The position numbers were made by a program, and so were the translations under genes. Below are positions 25,572 through 37,895 of a DNA stretch of 63,827 nt, in pieces. This DNA comes from Octopus bimaculoides. Its lineage: Eukaryota. Every line of letters begins with the position of its first letter. Positions within the stretch are counted from its first letter, which is position 1. The stretch spans positions 64,107,913 through 64,171,739 of the forward strand of contig NC_068987.1 in the NCBI RefSeq assembly GCF_001194135.2, read 5' to 3'. The notes beneath the pieces are model-generated. The model was given only the letters and a program-made list of their open reading frames with translations. It did no database searches and had not been told where the DNA came from.

Positions 25572-25654
25572 TCGGAGACAAAAGTGAGTAATGGGTGTAT
25601 ATGCCATATTTCGGGGGTTGTTGCCCCTTCATCTGCACCCACTTCTGTCTCCGA
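25572..25654. other. 83-nt imperfect hairpin in unique sequence
   Basis: TCGGAGACA pairs with TGTCTCCGA, followed by AAGT/ACTT, GGGTG/CACCC and GGGG/CCCC around a short loop. Confidence 0.6.
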
Positions 25655-25859
25655 ACACATTGTTCATGTAGCCACTGCATACAACGGTATTAAGTTATTA
25701 GATATACCAATTTACATATTAGACGCATTCCTGGAACTGGTATTTTCCATAATATATTTCACACACACACGACTAATTCCATATTTGCAAACTTGGTCAA
25801 TAGTGATGACATTGACCTTCATGTCCAGCGTCATGTCTAGGCTATTTGTCACTGGCAAT

Positions 25860-26317
25860 ATATAATGATTTGAAATTTTGGCACCAGGCTAGCAGTTTCG
25901 GAGGAAGGGATAAATCGGTTACATCGATCCTAGTGCTCAACGGGTATTTATTTTATCTACCCGATAGAATGAAAGGCAAAGTCGACCTCAGCAGAATTTG
26001 AACTCAGAGCGTATGGATGGACGAAATGCTGCTAAGCATATTCTCCAGTTTGCTGACGATTTTGCCAGCTCACAGTCTTATCCGAGGTTAATATTGGTTT
26101 CAAATTTTGGCAAAACGCCAGCAATTTCGGGGAAGAGGTGAAGTCGATTACATCAATCTCAGTGTTCAACTGATATTTATGTTATCGATCCTGAGTGAAT
26201 AAAAGGCAAAGTTGACCTCGACCGCAGTGAAATTTGAACTTAGGACGTAATGACGGACGAAATGCCACTAAGCATTCTGCATGGTGAGCTAACGATTCTG
26301 CCAGCTCGCTGCCTTAC
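25860..26317 (-). mobile_element. Two tandem SINE-A copies
   Basis: Units ~25860-26080 and ~26089-26317. Confidence 0.88.
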
Positions 26318-26944
26318 CCGAGATTAATAATTAAGACTAACAAATTTCTCAAACATCACAGAATGAATAATCTCAAACAGGATTAAGTCTGAAGCAGCAG
26401 CTTTTTAGTGTTTGTTTTGCTTGTCTTTTAACTCGAATTGACTCATATAAGTGAAATCGGGTCGATGGAAATTGTAGAGAAACCTGCTACGTGAATTGTC
26501 CTTGTAATTCAAAAAATATAGTCTTGTGGCACTGATTCCGCCTGAAAAATTAGAGTTCAGGGCGGCTATTTCTGCAGAATGGTCAGCTACATACATGTAA
26601 GGCGGGTGTAATTTGGGTGATCGAGCAAAAACTGGAGCATTGTCCAATGACGGAGATTCACTACCATAGCATATTGAGTCATGTCTTCTAATTAATGACC
26701 AATCCACACAGAAAGACAACGTGGCTTAGCTGATATTTAATCTAGACTGGAAAATAGCAAAAATTAGAGACATGACGTGTTTATGTGTGACGGTGCAGGC
26801 ACAGATGTGCGTATGAGGTTGAACTGTTTGTGAATAAGGACTGCCTCAGTGAGATGTATATGTGCATATTTGGTGGGGTGTGTATGCATTTGTGTACATA
26901 TGTATATTTATATATATGTGTGTGTGTGTATATACATATATATA

Positions 26945-26976
26945 NNNNNNNNNNNNNNNNNNNNNNNNNNNNNNNN
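26945..26976. other. Assembly gap
   Basis: N run inside (AT)n. Confidence 0.99.
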
Positions 26977-27017
<41 letters not shown>

Positions 27018-27484
27018 GCATGTATGCGTTTGTCTATAACAGTGCGCCCGTGTTTGTATGTAGGTGTTTGAATGTGTGTATGTATATGTGTGTGTGTGTG
27101 TGTGTGTATGCATGTGTGCATAAATGTGACCTTAGTAAAATGTCAATGCGTATGTGCGACGCGACGTCTTTGATTTGTATGCGTACGTGTATATGTATCT
27201 GCCTGGCGCTATGCGTCCGTATATGTCTGTATGTGTGCGCATGCATGTGTGTGTGTGCATGTCTGCGCATGTATTTGTGTACATGTGTGTGCGTTTGTAT
27301 TTAATGAAATAGTAGTATGTTTTTATATTTTTCTGTTACATAATATTCAAGTCAGTCCGACACATAAATGTTTCATTTCATTATAACGTCTCTAATTTCT
27401 TTATGAAGTCTTGAACGTCACATTTAAATCTCTTTTACATCATAAAAACACTATAGCAGTTCACAATTTGACAGATACTGTTGA

Positions 27485-27699
27485 TTATGTAGAATATTCA
27501 TTTTGATATTTCTTCTCTTTATGGCCCGCAAACGTATCTTCTTGCGAGATGGGGTGAGGAAGATGAAGAATTCTATTTGGTGCTACCGGTGCGTAGTGTG
27601 GTGATTTTGGCGTTTGATTTACGATCGCTCGGTCGTGTTTTCGATTTTCGGATCGAGAGGCGTCGCGTGTCTTTGAGCAATACTCTTCATTTCGCATAG
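27485..27699 (-). CDS. Candidate terminal coding exon (phase 1, 71 codons to stop), unknown product
   Basis: ATAACAG|CT acceptor at 27700/27699, then MRNEEYCSKTRDASRSENRKHDRAIVNQTPKSPHYAPVAPNRILHLPHPISQEDTFAGHKEKKYQNEYST*. GC- and CpG-richer unique island. Confidence 0.35.
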
Positions 27700-28162
27700 C
27701 TGTTATACACATACACACACGCACACACATACATTTACGCAAATACATGTGAGCACTCACAAACAATGAGACGGACACTTTTATACCCTCACACAAACAA
27801 AGTTATGACTGCGGAAGGGTAGGGATTAACCTTGGAATGGCCTGGTACCCCAATCAGGAAGAGAGTGACAGAATCTTTTATTCTTATCGTTTAAAAGCGT
27901 CACGAAAGCTTGGATTTGCTCCGACCTACTGAGCCTCTAGTCTCCAGATAATATTACAGGTCAAGACCATCATTATTTTTCTACAATGTTATTGCTTACA
28001 TTACATTTATGTATAAGACTATCTACTTCAATAGAACCTTAAGATTGTATCTACACGGAAATGAGAAATATTATTACTCAAATATACAAAACAAGAAGCG
28101 ATAATAAAATTCGAAATCGCTATCATTCTTTAATTTATTAACAAATTTAAGTATGCATATGA

Positions 28163-28425
28163 GTGGCTGTGTTGTAAGTAGCTTGCTTACCAACCACATA
28201 GATCTGAGTTCTGGCACCCTGGGCAAGTGTCTTCTACTATAGCGTTGGGCCGACCAAAGCCTTGTGAGTGGATTTGGTAGACGGAAACTGAAAGAAGCCC
28301 GTCGTATATATATGTATACATATGCGTATGTGTGTTTGTGTGTCTGCGTTTGTCCCCCCAACATCGCTTAACAACCGATGCTGGTGTGTTTATGTCCCCG
28401 TAACTTAGCGGTTCGGCAAAAGAGT
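28163..28425 (+). mobile_element. tRNA-derived SINE-C copy, partial
   Basis: GTGGCTGTGTTGTAAGTAGCTTGCTTACCAACCACAT...GGGCAAGTGTCTTCTACTATAGC...GGATTTGGTAGACGGAAACTGAAAGAAGCCCGTCG with internal (AT)/(GT) linker; matches 38660-39066, 47095-47430 and 63650-63787. Confidence 0.88.
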
Positions 28426-28455
28426 GAGCGACATTCTAATTTAGGTTAGATGTGC

Positions 28456-28490
<35 letters not shown>

Positions 28491-29967
28491 NNNNNNNNNN
28501 NNNNNNNNNNNNNNNNNNNNNNNNNNNNNNNNNNNNNNNNNNNNNNNNNNNNNNNNNNNNNNNNNNNNNNNNNNNNNNNNNNNNNNNNNNNNNNNNNNNN
28601 NNNNNNNNNNNNNNNNNNNNNNNNNNNNNNNNNNNNNNNNNNNNNNNNNNNNNNNNNNNNNNNNNNNNNNNNNNNNNNNNNNNNNNNNNNNNNNNNNNNN
28701 NNNNNNNNNNNNNNNNNNNNNNNNNNNNNNNNNNNNNNNNNNNNNNNNNNNNNNNNNNNNNNNNNNNNNNNNNNNNNNNNNNNNNNNNNNNNNNNNNNNN
28801 NNNNNNNNNNNNNNNNNNNNNNNNNNNNNNNNNNNNNNNNNNNNNNNNNNNNNNNNNNNNNTATATAGACAAATCCCCTGATTTTTCTGTAGATTGTTAG
28901 TCTGAAGAGAAGAAGCTATGAATAGAATATTTTAAATTCTGCCAAATAATGTTAGAAGTAGAAGTCTGTTATGTTTCATATTTGTCGTTTGATGGCCAGG
29001 GTAGGGAGCTTCTGAAGATGGGAAGGAATTCTAGTTATGTTCTTGAATAAAATTTAGATGATCTTCACTCATTCATAGACAATTTTAAGTATTGTTTTAC
29101 ATACGAAGTACAAAACCACGAAGAGATTCGTCAACAATAATATCATACTTTGCTAAATATAGCTATTTGTAAAGCACCAGTATTTCGAACAATTAGCACA
29201 TACTCTACATTCAGACTAAATTCAATCAAGACCAAAGTATTGCATTATACAGTCTTTCTGTTAGCTCCAATCATGATTCATATATATATATATTTATTGC
29301 ATAATTAATACACACTAATAGCAAAGTCACGCTTTTACTCTTCTAATATACTTCTTGAGAGTACATAATACTATCTTCTTTCAAAAATAATAGAAATGAC
29401 CTCTGGTTTCTCTGCCCCAACAAGCAAGAAGAGTGGACAGTTTCAAGTATATAACTGCAGAGGAAAAACGGAAAAACAAAAGATATAATCCCTACAATTC
29501 CATTTCCAGGAGATCTGTAGACTTTATAACAAGCATTGCGACAGGAATTATAGAACTTAATGTTATTACATAATCTAGTACTCGATTGAGAACCTTAATT
29601 CAGTAAACCAAAACCTACGCGTATATTTTTAAAGAAAAACACGTAGTCAATGATTCGATTAAGGATCATGATTGGAATACAACTTTTCTTCGTAATAAAC
29701 AGTATCCATCAATGAGCAAATATATTATGTTTATTATGTAGAGGATGTTTCCATCGTGTGATGTTGAAAAACGGTCACAATGAAATTAGAGTCATTTAAA
29801 TCTTAAACCCAGACTTGAATATTATGTTACAGAGAGAAAGAATCTGTACCACCAACGTACTTAGATGTCTATTTATGCATAGACATATACACAAATACAC
29901 AATGAACAGAATCAGATACACAAACACATACACACAGATTTGGGTACAGACTCAATCACAAAAGGTG

Positions 29968-30012
<45 letters not shown>

Positions 30013-30672
30013 TCAAGAGATCATTCTCATATTTTCAGTCTCACATACCTCGGTAACCGACATATGCTTCGGCTTGTATGTGTGTGTGTATCTATCTTTC
30101 TTTCTATTTATACATATTATGTATATGTGTGTGTGTGTGTGTGTGTGTATGTATATGTNNNNNNNNNNNNNNNNNNNNNNNNNNNNNNNNNNNNNNNNNN
30201 NNNNNNNNNNNNNNNNNNNNNNNNNNNNNNNNNNNNNNNNNNNNNNNNNNNNNNNNNNNNNNNNNNNNNNNNNNNNNNNNNNNNNNNNNNNNNNNNNNNN
30301 NNNNNNNNNNNNNNNNNNNNNNNNNNNNNNNNNNNNNNNNNNNNNNNNNNNNNNNNNNNNNNNNNNNNNNNNNNNNNNNNNNNNNNNNNNNNNNNNNNNN
30401 NNNNNNNNNNNNNNNNNNNNNNNNNNNNNNNNNNNNNNNNNNNNNNNNNNNNNNNNNNNNNNNNNNNNNNNNNNNNNNNNNNNNNNNNNNNNNNNNNNNN
30501 NNNNNNNNNNNNNNNNNNNNNNNNNNNNNNNNNNNNNNNNNNNNNNNNNNNNNNNNNNNNNNNNNNNNNNNNNNNNNNNNNNNNNNNNNNNNNNNNNNNN
30601 NNNNNNNNNNNNNNNNNNNNNNNNNNNNNNNNNNNNNNNNNNNNNNNNNNNNNNNNNNNNNNNNNNNNNNNN
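28491..30672. other. Two assembly gaps (28491-28861, 30159-30672)
   Basis: N runs. Confidence 0.99.
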
Positions 30673-30709
<37 letters not shown>

Positions 30710-31257
30710 TATATAGATATATACGTATGCATGTATGTATCATATAACGTATAGCCAATCCCTATAAATCTCATTTGGCAGTTTCCTACAAAAAACCGCT
30801 AACAATAATAAAAATGCCATTAATTTATTAATCACCGCTGTGGTTAACTAGTTTTAATTTTGTTATTCTAAGTTATATGATATTAGATCTATACCTACAC
30901 TCGACATATTTCTTCATATTTTCCATTACTGTTCCTTTATGTTGTCAAATTAGATATTTTATACAATATAGATTTTTCACATTATGTTCTCTCTCATCAT
31001 AATACTAATGTTATTATAGAACTTAATTATTTATAAGGATTTAAATTTATGCACTAAATACTGCACACATAAATAGTGGTGACTATGCAAAGCCTAATAA
31101 AACTTATTTAATTATAAAATTTACCTTTGCACATTTGATATATTTATATATAAAAGTAATTATTGTGCAAACACAAATTGATCTCTTAATTTAAAATTTA
31201 AACATTTTAGTTGATAAATTTTCCTCTGACGCATATATGTAAATTTACAGAGATAGG

Positions 31258-31785
31258 TAATAATGATTTCTACTATAGACACAGGGCCTGAAATTTAGAG
31301 GAGGGAGATAGTCGATTTCATTGACCCAAGTACTCAACTGGTACTTACTTTATCGACCCCGAAAGGATGAAAGGCAAAGTCGACCGCGCGGAATTTGAAC
31401 TCAGAACGTGAACGAAATACCGCAAAGCATTTCCCTCCGGTGTGCTAACGATTCTGCTAGCCCGCTGCATTTTAGAGTTGAATAACAATGGTTTCAAATT
31501 TTGCCACAAGGGCAGCAATTTTCAGGGAGGGGTAATCGATTATATCGATCTCAATGCTGAACTAGTAATGTATTTTATCGACCTCGAAAGAATGAAAGGT
31601 AAAGTCACCTCGGCGTGATTTTAACTTAGAACGTAAAGCCGGAAGAAATGCTGTTAAGTATATTGTCCGATACAGTAACGATTCTGCTAGCTCGCCGCCC
31701 CCAGTGATCAATATTTATAAAAATATTTTCTACTATAGGGACACGGCCTGAAGTTTTGTGGGAGAGAACTAGTCGATTGCATTAA
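31258..31785 (-). mobile_element. Three tandem SINE-A copies (third partial)
   Basis: Units ~31258-31470, ~31483-31700 and ~31712-31785. Confidence 0.85.
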
Positions 31786-31794
31786 CTCAAAAAC

Positions 31795-32870
31795 TCTGCA
31801 AATCCTTTGACCGAATCAAGCATACACATTTCGTATCTAAACTTACCATTCACAGGTTCCACTCTTCTCCCAACTCTTGGATCGGTAACTTCCTTTCTGA
31901 TCGCACTATCGCGGCATTTGTTGGCGGAGCTTTTTGTGCGTCACTCTCAATCAACTCCTTTTTCCCCCCAAAGGCTTAGCTGTGTTTCCCATCTTTCGTC
32001 TTTTTATACATTAATGAACTACTTTCCGCCATATCCAACAGCAACTAGTCTTACACAGACGGTGCGATCCTTCATTCCTCCTTAACTTCTCCAAACCAGG
32101 CATCATCCGCACGCAGCCTAGGCACCACACACTAATCCTACACTGATTCCATAAATGGAGACCTCGAGAATCCTTAAGAGGAGCCATGGCAACTTTGTTT
32201 CTTATCACAATAAAACAGTAAATTACTCATGCACTATTCATATGAAGAAAACACCACCACACCATCACTAAACACGAACAACACTTAGCTAGAGCTCCGA
32301 CAGTTTGTCCAAATGCTGGACCTCATTATCAAGCACGATCATTTCCAGCGAAAACATATCGTTAGTGTAGCTAAGACCACATGCAAAAGACTAACCCTTC
32401 TCGTCAGAGCTAGAAAATATTTCATATAACAGGTGCTCATATTTTACAAGTCTCCAGTAGAGCCCTTAACAGACTAATACTTCCCCATCTGGGTTGGTGT
32501 ACGTAGCATCGCTACACACACAGACAGCTTTGACTACATTCAGAGAAGAACTACTTGACTGATTGATATTCGATTACTGACAGATATACTCCAGCTTTTG
32601 GCCCACCGGCATGATGACCCCACTTTCTGTTTCTCAGAGCTGGCTGCCTTTGTTCCCCGACACTTTCGTATTTTCACCTTTCGTCACTGTTGATGCACCA
32701 AACCCACATGGTACCTCACTGACCATTATGAAGTTATTTCTCTCAAGAACATCTTCCCATTGGAACCTTCTTTCTGCTCATGCCTTTCCTGCAGCAACTG
32801 ACGTGCAAAAACGGAATATTAACGGCATCAATCTAACGAGTCCTGCAGAATCTGATCAGCAAGTGTGATG
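31795..32870 (+). mobile_element. CR1-group (Zenon-like) LINE ORF2 remnant: RT core and C-terminus
   Basis: KSFDRIKHTHFVSKL...WIGNFLSDRTI...SINSFFPQ corresponds to KAFD...WI..FLS.R...INSGVPQG. YTDG lies at the YADD position. HIVSVAKT..KRLTLLVRARKYF follows. Many stops and frameshifts. Confidence 0.8.
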
Positions 32871-32927
32871 AGCAATGTATCTTTCTCGGAGCGCGACAAG
32901 TAAAATATTATGAATATTAGTATAAGG

Positions 32928-33365
32928 AGTAATACTGGTTTCAAATTTTGATACAGGGCCAGCAATTTTGAGAGAGGGGTAAGTCGATGACATTGACTCC
33001 AGTACTCAACTAGTTCTTATTCTATCGACTCCAAAAGGATGGAAGACAAAGTTGACGTCAAAGGTATTTGAACTCAGAACGTAAAGACAGGTGAAATGCT
33101 GCTAAGCATTTTGACCGGCGTGCTAACGATTCTGCCAGCTTGTCCGTCCTTGTGTCAGTGAATATTGGTTTCAAATTTTGGTACAAGCCCAGCAATTTCA
33201 AGGGAAAGGTTAACTGCAGTGCTCAACTGGTACTTATTTTATCGACCCTGAAAGGATGAACGGCAAAATTAGCCACGGCAGCATTTGAACTCAGAACGTA
33301 AAGACTGACAAAATACCACTCAACACTTCGCCTAGTGTGCTAACAATTCTGCCAGCTCACCGTCT
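32928..33365 (-). mobile_element. Two tandem SINE-A copies
   Basis: Units ~32928-33150 and ~33160-33365. Confidence 0.88.
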
Positions 33366-34099
33366 AATGTATAAGACAATACTGGTTTTGGTATACAAAC
33401 GACAGGATAGTTGCAAGTGGAATAGCTTTTGCTACAGTTTAGCTCTACGACGACTCAACAGGGGATATAAAACAACAAAGTTTCTGCAGAACGAAAGAAG
33501 GGAGGCCTCTGCAAGGGTGCAGGACTTTCAAGTTACCAGCAGCCAAATTGCATTCAAATATAATCTTGTATCTTAGTTTTAGGAAAGGACATGTTACCCT
33601 ATCTATTCAGACATACAAACAGCTGTGATATACACGCATCCATACATACCCATAAACACAGACACACACGCTCACTCATATAGAAATATTCTGTGTCACC
33701 GTGTTCATGCGTCCGCGTGTTTATTCTGCACACATACAGATCCGTACACACACACGTAACATACATATTAATTATGCACTTGTGTCTGTGTCTGTGCGTG
33801 TGTGGTTGTGTGCGTCACAGATATAGACGTCATACGGAAAAAAGACACTTGAATCGATGTGTATATACACACATTATACACAAATATAGAATTGCCTATT
33901 TCTAAAAGACTATGTATAGAATTAGTGTGTAAATAACGAGAACATATGTAAATTTATCTATGCATGAACGCTCACAGACAAAACAACTATGTTTTTACGC
34001 AGACTTATGATATATATATACACTTTAGCATTTATACATTCAAACTTTTAGAAACATTTCTGCATATATGGCGTCGTTTAAACTACATGCATTAGCAAA

Positions 34100-34262
34100 G
34101 AGACAACGAGGCAGCCTCTACTCAGCTGTTCAATCTGTTAGAGATAGCAGCCAAAAATCTGCTGCAAATCACATTTTATCTCATACAAAAACATGAATGA
34201 ATGCGTTGTGTAATGTAGATCTACTTGGCAAAAAAGAACATGGGTTGTTCAGGGCTAAATAA
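34100..34262 (+). mobile_element. Family B repeat copy
   Basis: TGTTAGAGATAGCAGCCAAAAATC...TAATGTAG...CAGGGCTAAATAAAC. Confidence 0.5.
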
Positions 34263-34389
34263 CCATTAGCAACAATGTGTAGGTTATAAATTATGATTAG
34301 AAGTGCAATTTTTTTAAAAATAGAATACTCTATAATTTAACTGCTTCGACCATTCGGTCTCACCGTTTGGTTCCTTAATATATTTAGGA

Positions 34390-34545
34390 CATCTGCTTTT
34401 ACGTTCTGAGTTGAAATTCCGCCGAGGTCAACTTTGCCTTTCATCCTTTCGGGTTCGATAAATTAAGTACTAGTTATGTACTGGGGTCGATCTAATCGAC
34501 TGTCGCCCTCCTCATGAATTTCGGGCCTTGATCCTAGAATGCAAA
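34390..34545 (+). mobile_element. SINE-A copy, 5'-truncated
   Basis: TTTACGTTCTGAGTTGAAATTCCGCCGAGGTCAACTTTGCCTTTCATCCTTTCGGG... Confidence 0.88.
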
Positions 34546-34744
34546 AGAATTCTGTTTTAAAAATTCTTTGCTGCATTTTAAGAGGTAATAAATATAAGAG
34601 TACGAAACAACATGAGTAGTTAGATGATGATGATGATGATGATGACAATGTATACATATTTATATGTATCGGTGGTGTTCCACAGTGGCCACTGTCAAAG
34701 TGACTGAAACTAGTAAAAGAATAAGTGGATAAAGGAATATATAA

Positions 34745-34779
<35 letters not shown>

Positions 34780-34901
34780 TAGATATAGATATATATATAC
34801 ATATATGTATATGTACATAATCCAAATAAGAAGAAAACAAAGGAAATTCTTTAAAATACATCTTTCATGATCCGTTACAATTGTTTCTGTACCAACACTA
34901 T

Positions 34902-35981
34902 TTTATGCAAAAATTCGAAGGGAAATTTACGTAATGTTTGCGGTTTTAAACATTGGTAGCATAAATCGGTTTTAGACATAGGGAAGCATCAATCGCCTCC
35001 GGTCTGCTAGGGATTTATGCAACCCTACCACTGACCACACTACTCCTCCACCACTAACATCATAAATATCCTCATTACTTGATTCCTGGACACTTGTCAA
35101 TTATCTATCTAATCGTCTTTTTCACTTTCATTTGTCGCTGGTGAATATCGTCAGGTGATCAAATAAATTTTCATTCGTCAGACGGATTTAGTAACAGTGG
35201 ACCTGTCTGTACTGATTGACCACGAGCATACATCAAGATATCCGATTTGCTGTATATGGCTCTACCTAATTTATCTAAGTTTGTGTAGTTCCCTATTCTT
35301 CTTCTTCTTCTTCTTCTTCTCCTCCTCCTCCTCCTCCTCCTCCTCCTTCTTCTTCTCTTTCTTCTTCTTCTTCTTCTTCTTCTTCTTCTTCTTCTTCTCT
35401 TTCTTCTCCTTCTTCTTCTTCTTCTTTTTCTTCTTCTTCTTCTTCTTCTTCTCCTCCTCCTTCTTCTTATTCTTCTTCTTCTTCTTCTTCTTCTTCTCCT
35501 TCTTCTTCTTCTTCCTCTCCTCCTTATTCTTCTTCTTCTTCTCCTCCTTCTTCTCCTTCTTCTTCTTCTTCTTCTCCTCCTTCTTCTCCTTCTTCTTCTT
35601 CTTCTTCTTCTTCTCCTTCTTCTTCTTCTTCTTCTTCTTCTTCTTCTTCTTCTTCTTCTTCTTCTTCTTCTTTTTCTTCGTCTTCTACTTCCTCTTCTGC
35701 TGCACGTTCGTCTTCTTCTGGTCATTTTTTCTTCCCCTCCACATTCTCCTTCTTCCTCTGCGTATCCTTCCTCTTGATTCCCCACCCTCACCCTCCTACA
35801 TAATCTCTACACCACTTACTCATCCCATATCCACACTTTTACTTTTTTGTGCTTTCTCCCGATCTAAGCCAAAAGACGTAAAATGTGACAACACACCTTT
35901 GATGCAAGTTGGATGAATTGCCTCACTAATGTCTAAAACCGCAAACATTACGTAAATTTTCACTTCGAATTTTTACGTAAA
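34902..35981. mobile_element. TIR-bounded foldback/non-autonomous DNA element (~1.08 kb) enclosing a long (TTC)n tract
   Basis: AAAAATTCGAAGGGAAATTTACGTAATGTTTGCGGTTTTAAACATT (~34908-34954) is a near-perfect inverted copy of ~35928-35974. Confidence 0.65.
35296..35720. repeat. ~420-bp interrupted (TTC)n/(TCC)n polypyrimidine tract
   Basis: Directly visible. Confidence 0.97.
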
Positions 35982-36038
35982 TTGGCGAATTTCTTTCTCT
36001 CCTTTCCATTTGGATTGTTTGCTCTTCGCCATACTCAC

Positions 36039-36110
36039 TTTACACTGGGCGTAGTCGTCGTGAACCTTGAATCTTCTACACCTGACGAATTCCAGCTTTA
36101 GGCTGGAAAC
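36039..36110 (-). CDS. Candidate 72-nt symmetric internal exon, VSSLKLEFVRCRRFKVHDDYAQCK, unknown product
   Basis: CTAACAG acceptor (36111-36117) and GTGAGT donor (36033-36038). Only phase 0 is open and the length is divisible by 3. Confidence 0.45.
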
Positions 36111-36170
36111 CTGTTAGTGTTGATAGTCTAATATTCGGGTCGAGTCCTTTTCTGGAAATACCTGAACTTT

Positions 36171-36224
36171 ACACCCTTCTTTAGTGACGTGAGGGACACC
36201 CATCTTTAAGTGACGTGAGGGACA
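36171..36224. repeat. ~26-bp tandem duplication containing TGACGT
   Basis: ACACCC(T/A)TCTTTA(A)GTGACGTGAGGG occurs twice. Confidence 0.85.
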
Positions 36225-36257
36225 AACACAACACAAATAAATAACTATGTAATCACC

Positions 36258-36758
36258 CTTGAGAGATCTTCTCATATAGACACTTGGTGCATAAAGGCAC
36301 ACACATAGACCGTAGCAGGTGATAAGCATCGCTGATGGGCGCTGGAATTCCCATATCACGTCATTTCATTCTTCTGGAAATCATCAGTGGAATGCGTCCC
36401 GTCACTGTATGCCAGCCAAATCTCGTTGCAGTATTCAGTGTTCCAACAACATATCCATGTTAAGTTGGATATAAGATTACCTTTGGGTATTAATACTAAT
36501 TTCATTGCTGATAATTGATTTTTAATAAGCCCACTGGCTATTTGCAAAATCAGTGTCTGAAAAGACGCTGATTTTCTATAAATTGCAGCACTGAGATTTC
36601 ACTGGCATGCGGTAACCGGACGCTCCCCATTGGTGACTTTCAGTGGAATGAAATCACGTGATAGTAGAAATTATAGCACATAAGACAGACGATTCTCGTT
36701 TATTACGGAGTGTGTGTACTTTGATGCACCAAATGCCTATATGAGAAGATACCTCAAG
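36258..36758. mobile_element. 501-bp imperfect palindrome (foldback/MITE-like) with internal hairpin
   Basis: Arms ~36258-36435 and ~36580-36758 are diverged inverted copies. Inner hairpin AAAATCAGTGTC...GACGCTGATTTT at ~36546-36575. Confidence 0.75.
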
Positions 36759-36837
36759 ACTAATAACGTAGTAACCGGTGTTCTAACATTATGTATCCTA
36801 TAGAGACAGATGCATATATATTCATATACAAACACGA

Positions 36838-36885
<48 letters not shown>

Positions 36886-37802
36886 NNNNNNNNNNNNNNN
36901 NNNNNNNNNNNNNNNNNNNNNNNNNNNNNNNNNNNNNNNNNNNNNNNNNNNNNNNNNNNNNNNNNNNNNNNNNNNNNNNNNNNNNNNNNNNNNNNNNNNN
37001 NNNNNNNNNNNNNNNNNNNNNNNNNNNNNNNNNNNNNNNNNNNNNNNNNNNNNNNNNNNNNNNNNNNNNNNNNNNNNNNNNNNNNNNNNNNNNNNNNNNN
37101 NNNNNNNNNNNNNNNNNNNNNNNNNNNNNNNNNNNNNNNNNNNNNNNNNNNNNNNNNNNNNNNNNNNNNNNNNNNNNNNNNNNNNNNNNNNNNNNNNNNN
37201 NNNNNNNNNNNNNNNNNNNNNNNNNNNNNNNNNNNNNNNNNNNNNNNNNNNNNNNNNNNNNNNNNNNNNNNNNNNNNNNNNNNNNNNNNNNNNNNNNNNN
37301 NNNNNNNNNNNNNNNNNNNNNNNNNNNNNNNNNNNNNNNNNNNNNNNNNNNNNNNNNNNNNNNNNNNNNNNNNNNNNNNNNNNNNNNNNNNNNNNNNNNN
37401 NNNNNNNNNNNNNNNNNNNNNNNNNNNNNNNNNNNNNNNNNNNNNNNNNNNNNNNNNNNNNNNNNNNNNNNNNNNNNNNNNNNNNNNNNNNNNNNNNNNN
37501 NNNNNNNNNNNNNNNNNNNNNNNNNNNNNNNNNNNNNNNNNNNNNNNNNNNNNNNNNNNNNNNNNNNNNNNNNNNNNNNNNNNNNNNNNNNNNNNNNNNN
37601 NNNNNNNNNNNNNNNNNNNNNNNNNNNNNNNNNNNNNNNNNNNNNNNNNNNNNNNNNNNNNNNNNNNNNNNNNNNNNNNNNNNNNNNNNNNNNNNNNNNN
37701 NNNNNNNNNNNNNNNNNNNNNNNNNNNNNNNNNNNNNNNNNNNNNNNNNNNNNNNNNNNNNNNNNNNNNNNNNNNNNNNNNNNNNNNNNNNNNNNNNNNN
37801 NN
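36886..37802. other. Assembly gap
   Basis: N run inside (AT)n. Confidence 0.99.
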
Positions 37803-37812
37803 ATATATATAC

Positions 37813-37858
<46 letters not shown>

Positions 37859-37863
37859 TATAT

Positions 37864-37895
<32 letters not shown>

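Noticed and set aside
26405-26719. 104-aa minus-strand ORF in unique sequence
   Set aside because: No recognisable domain, no canonical ATG start and no clear splice signals.
35171-35916. 206-aa poly-Arg (protamine-like) and 239-aa poly-Phe ORFs
   Set aside because: Both are frames of the (TTC)n tract inside a TIR element.
36356-36547. CCWNTEYCN resembling a Ly6/three-finger CCxxxxCN ending
   Set aside because: It lies within the 501-bp palindrome and lacks the other cysteines and a signal peptide.
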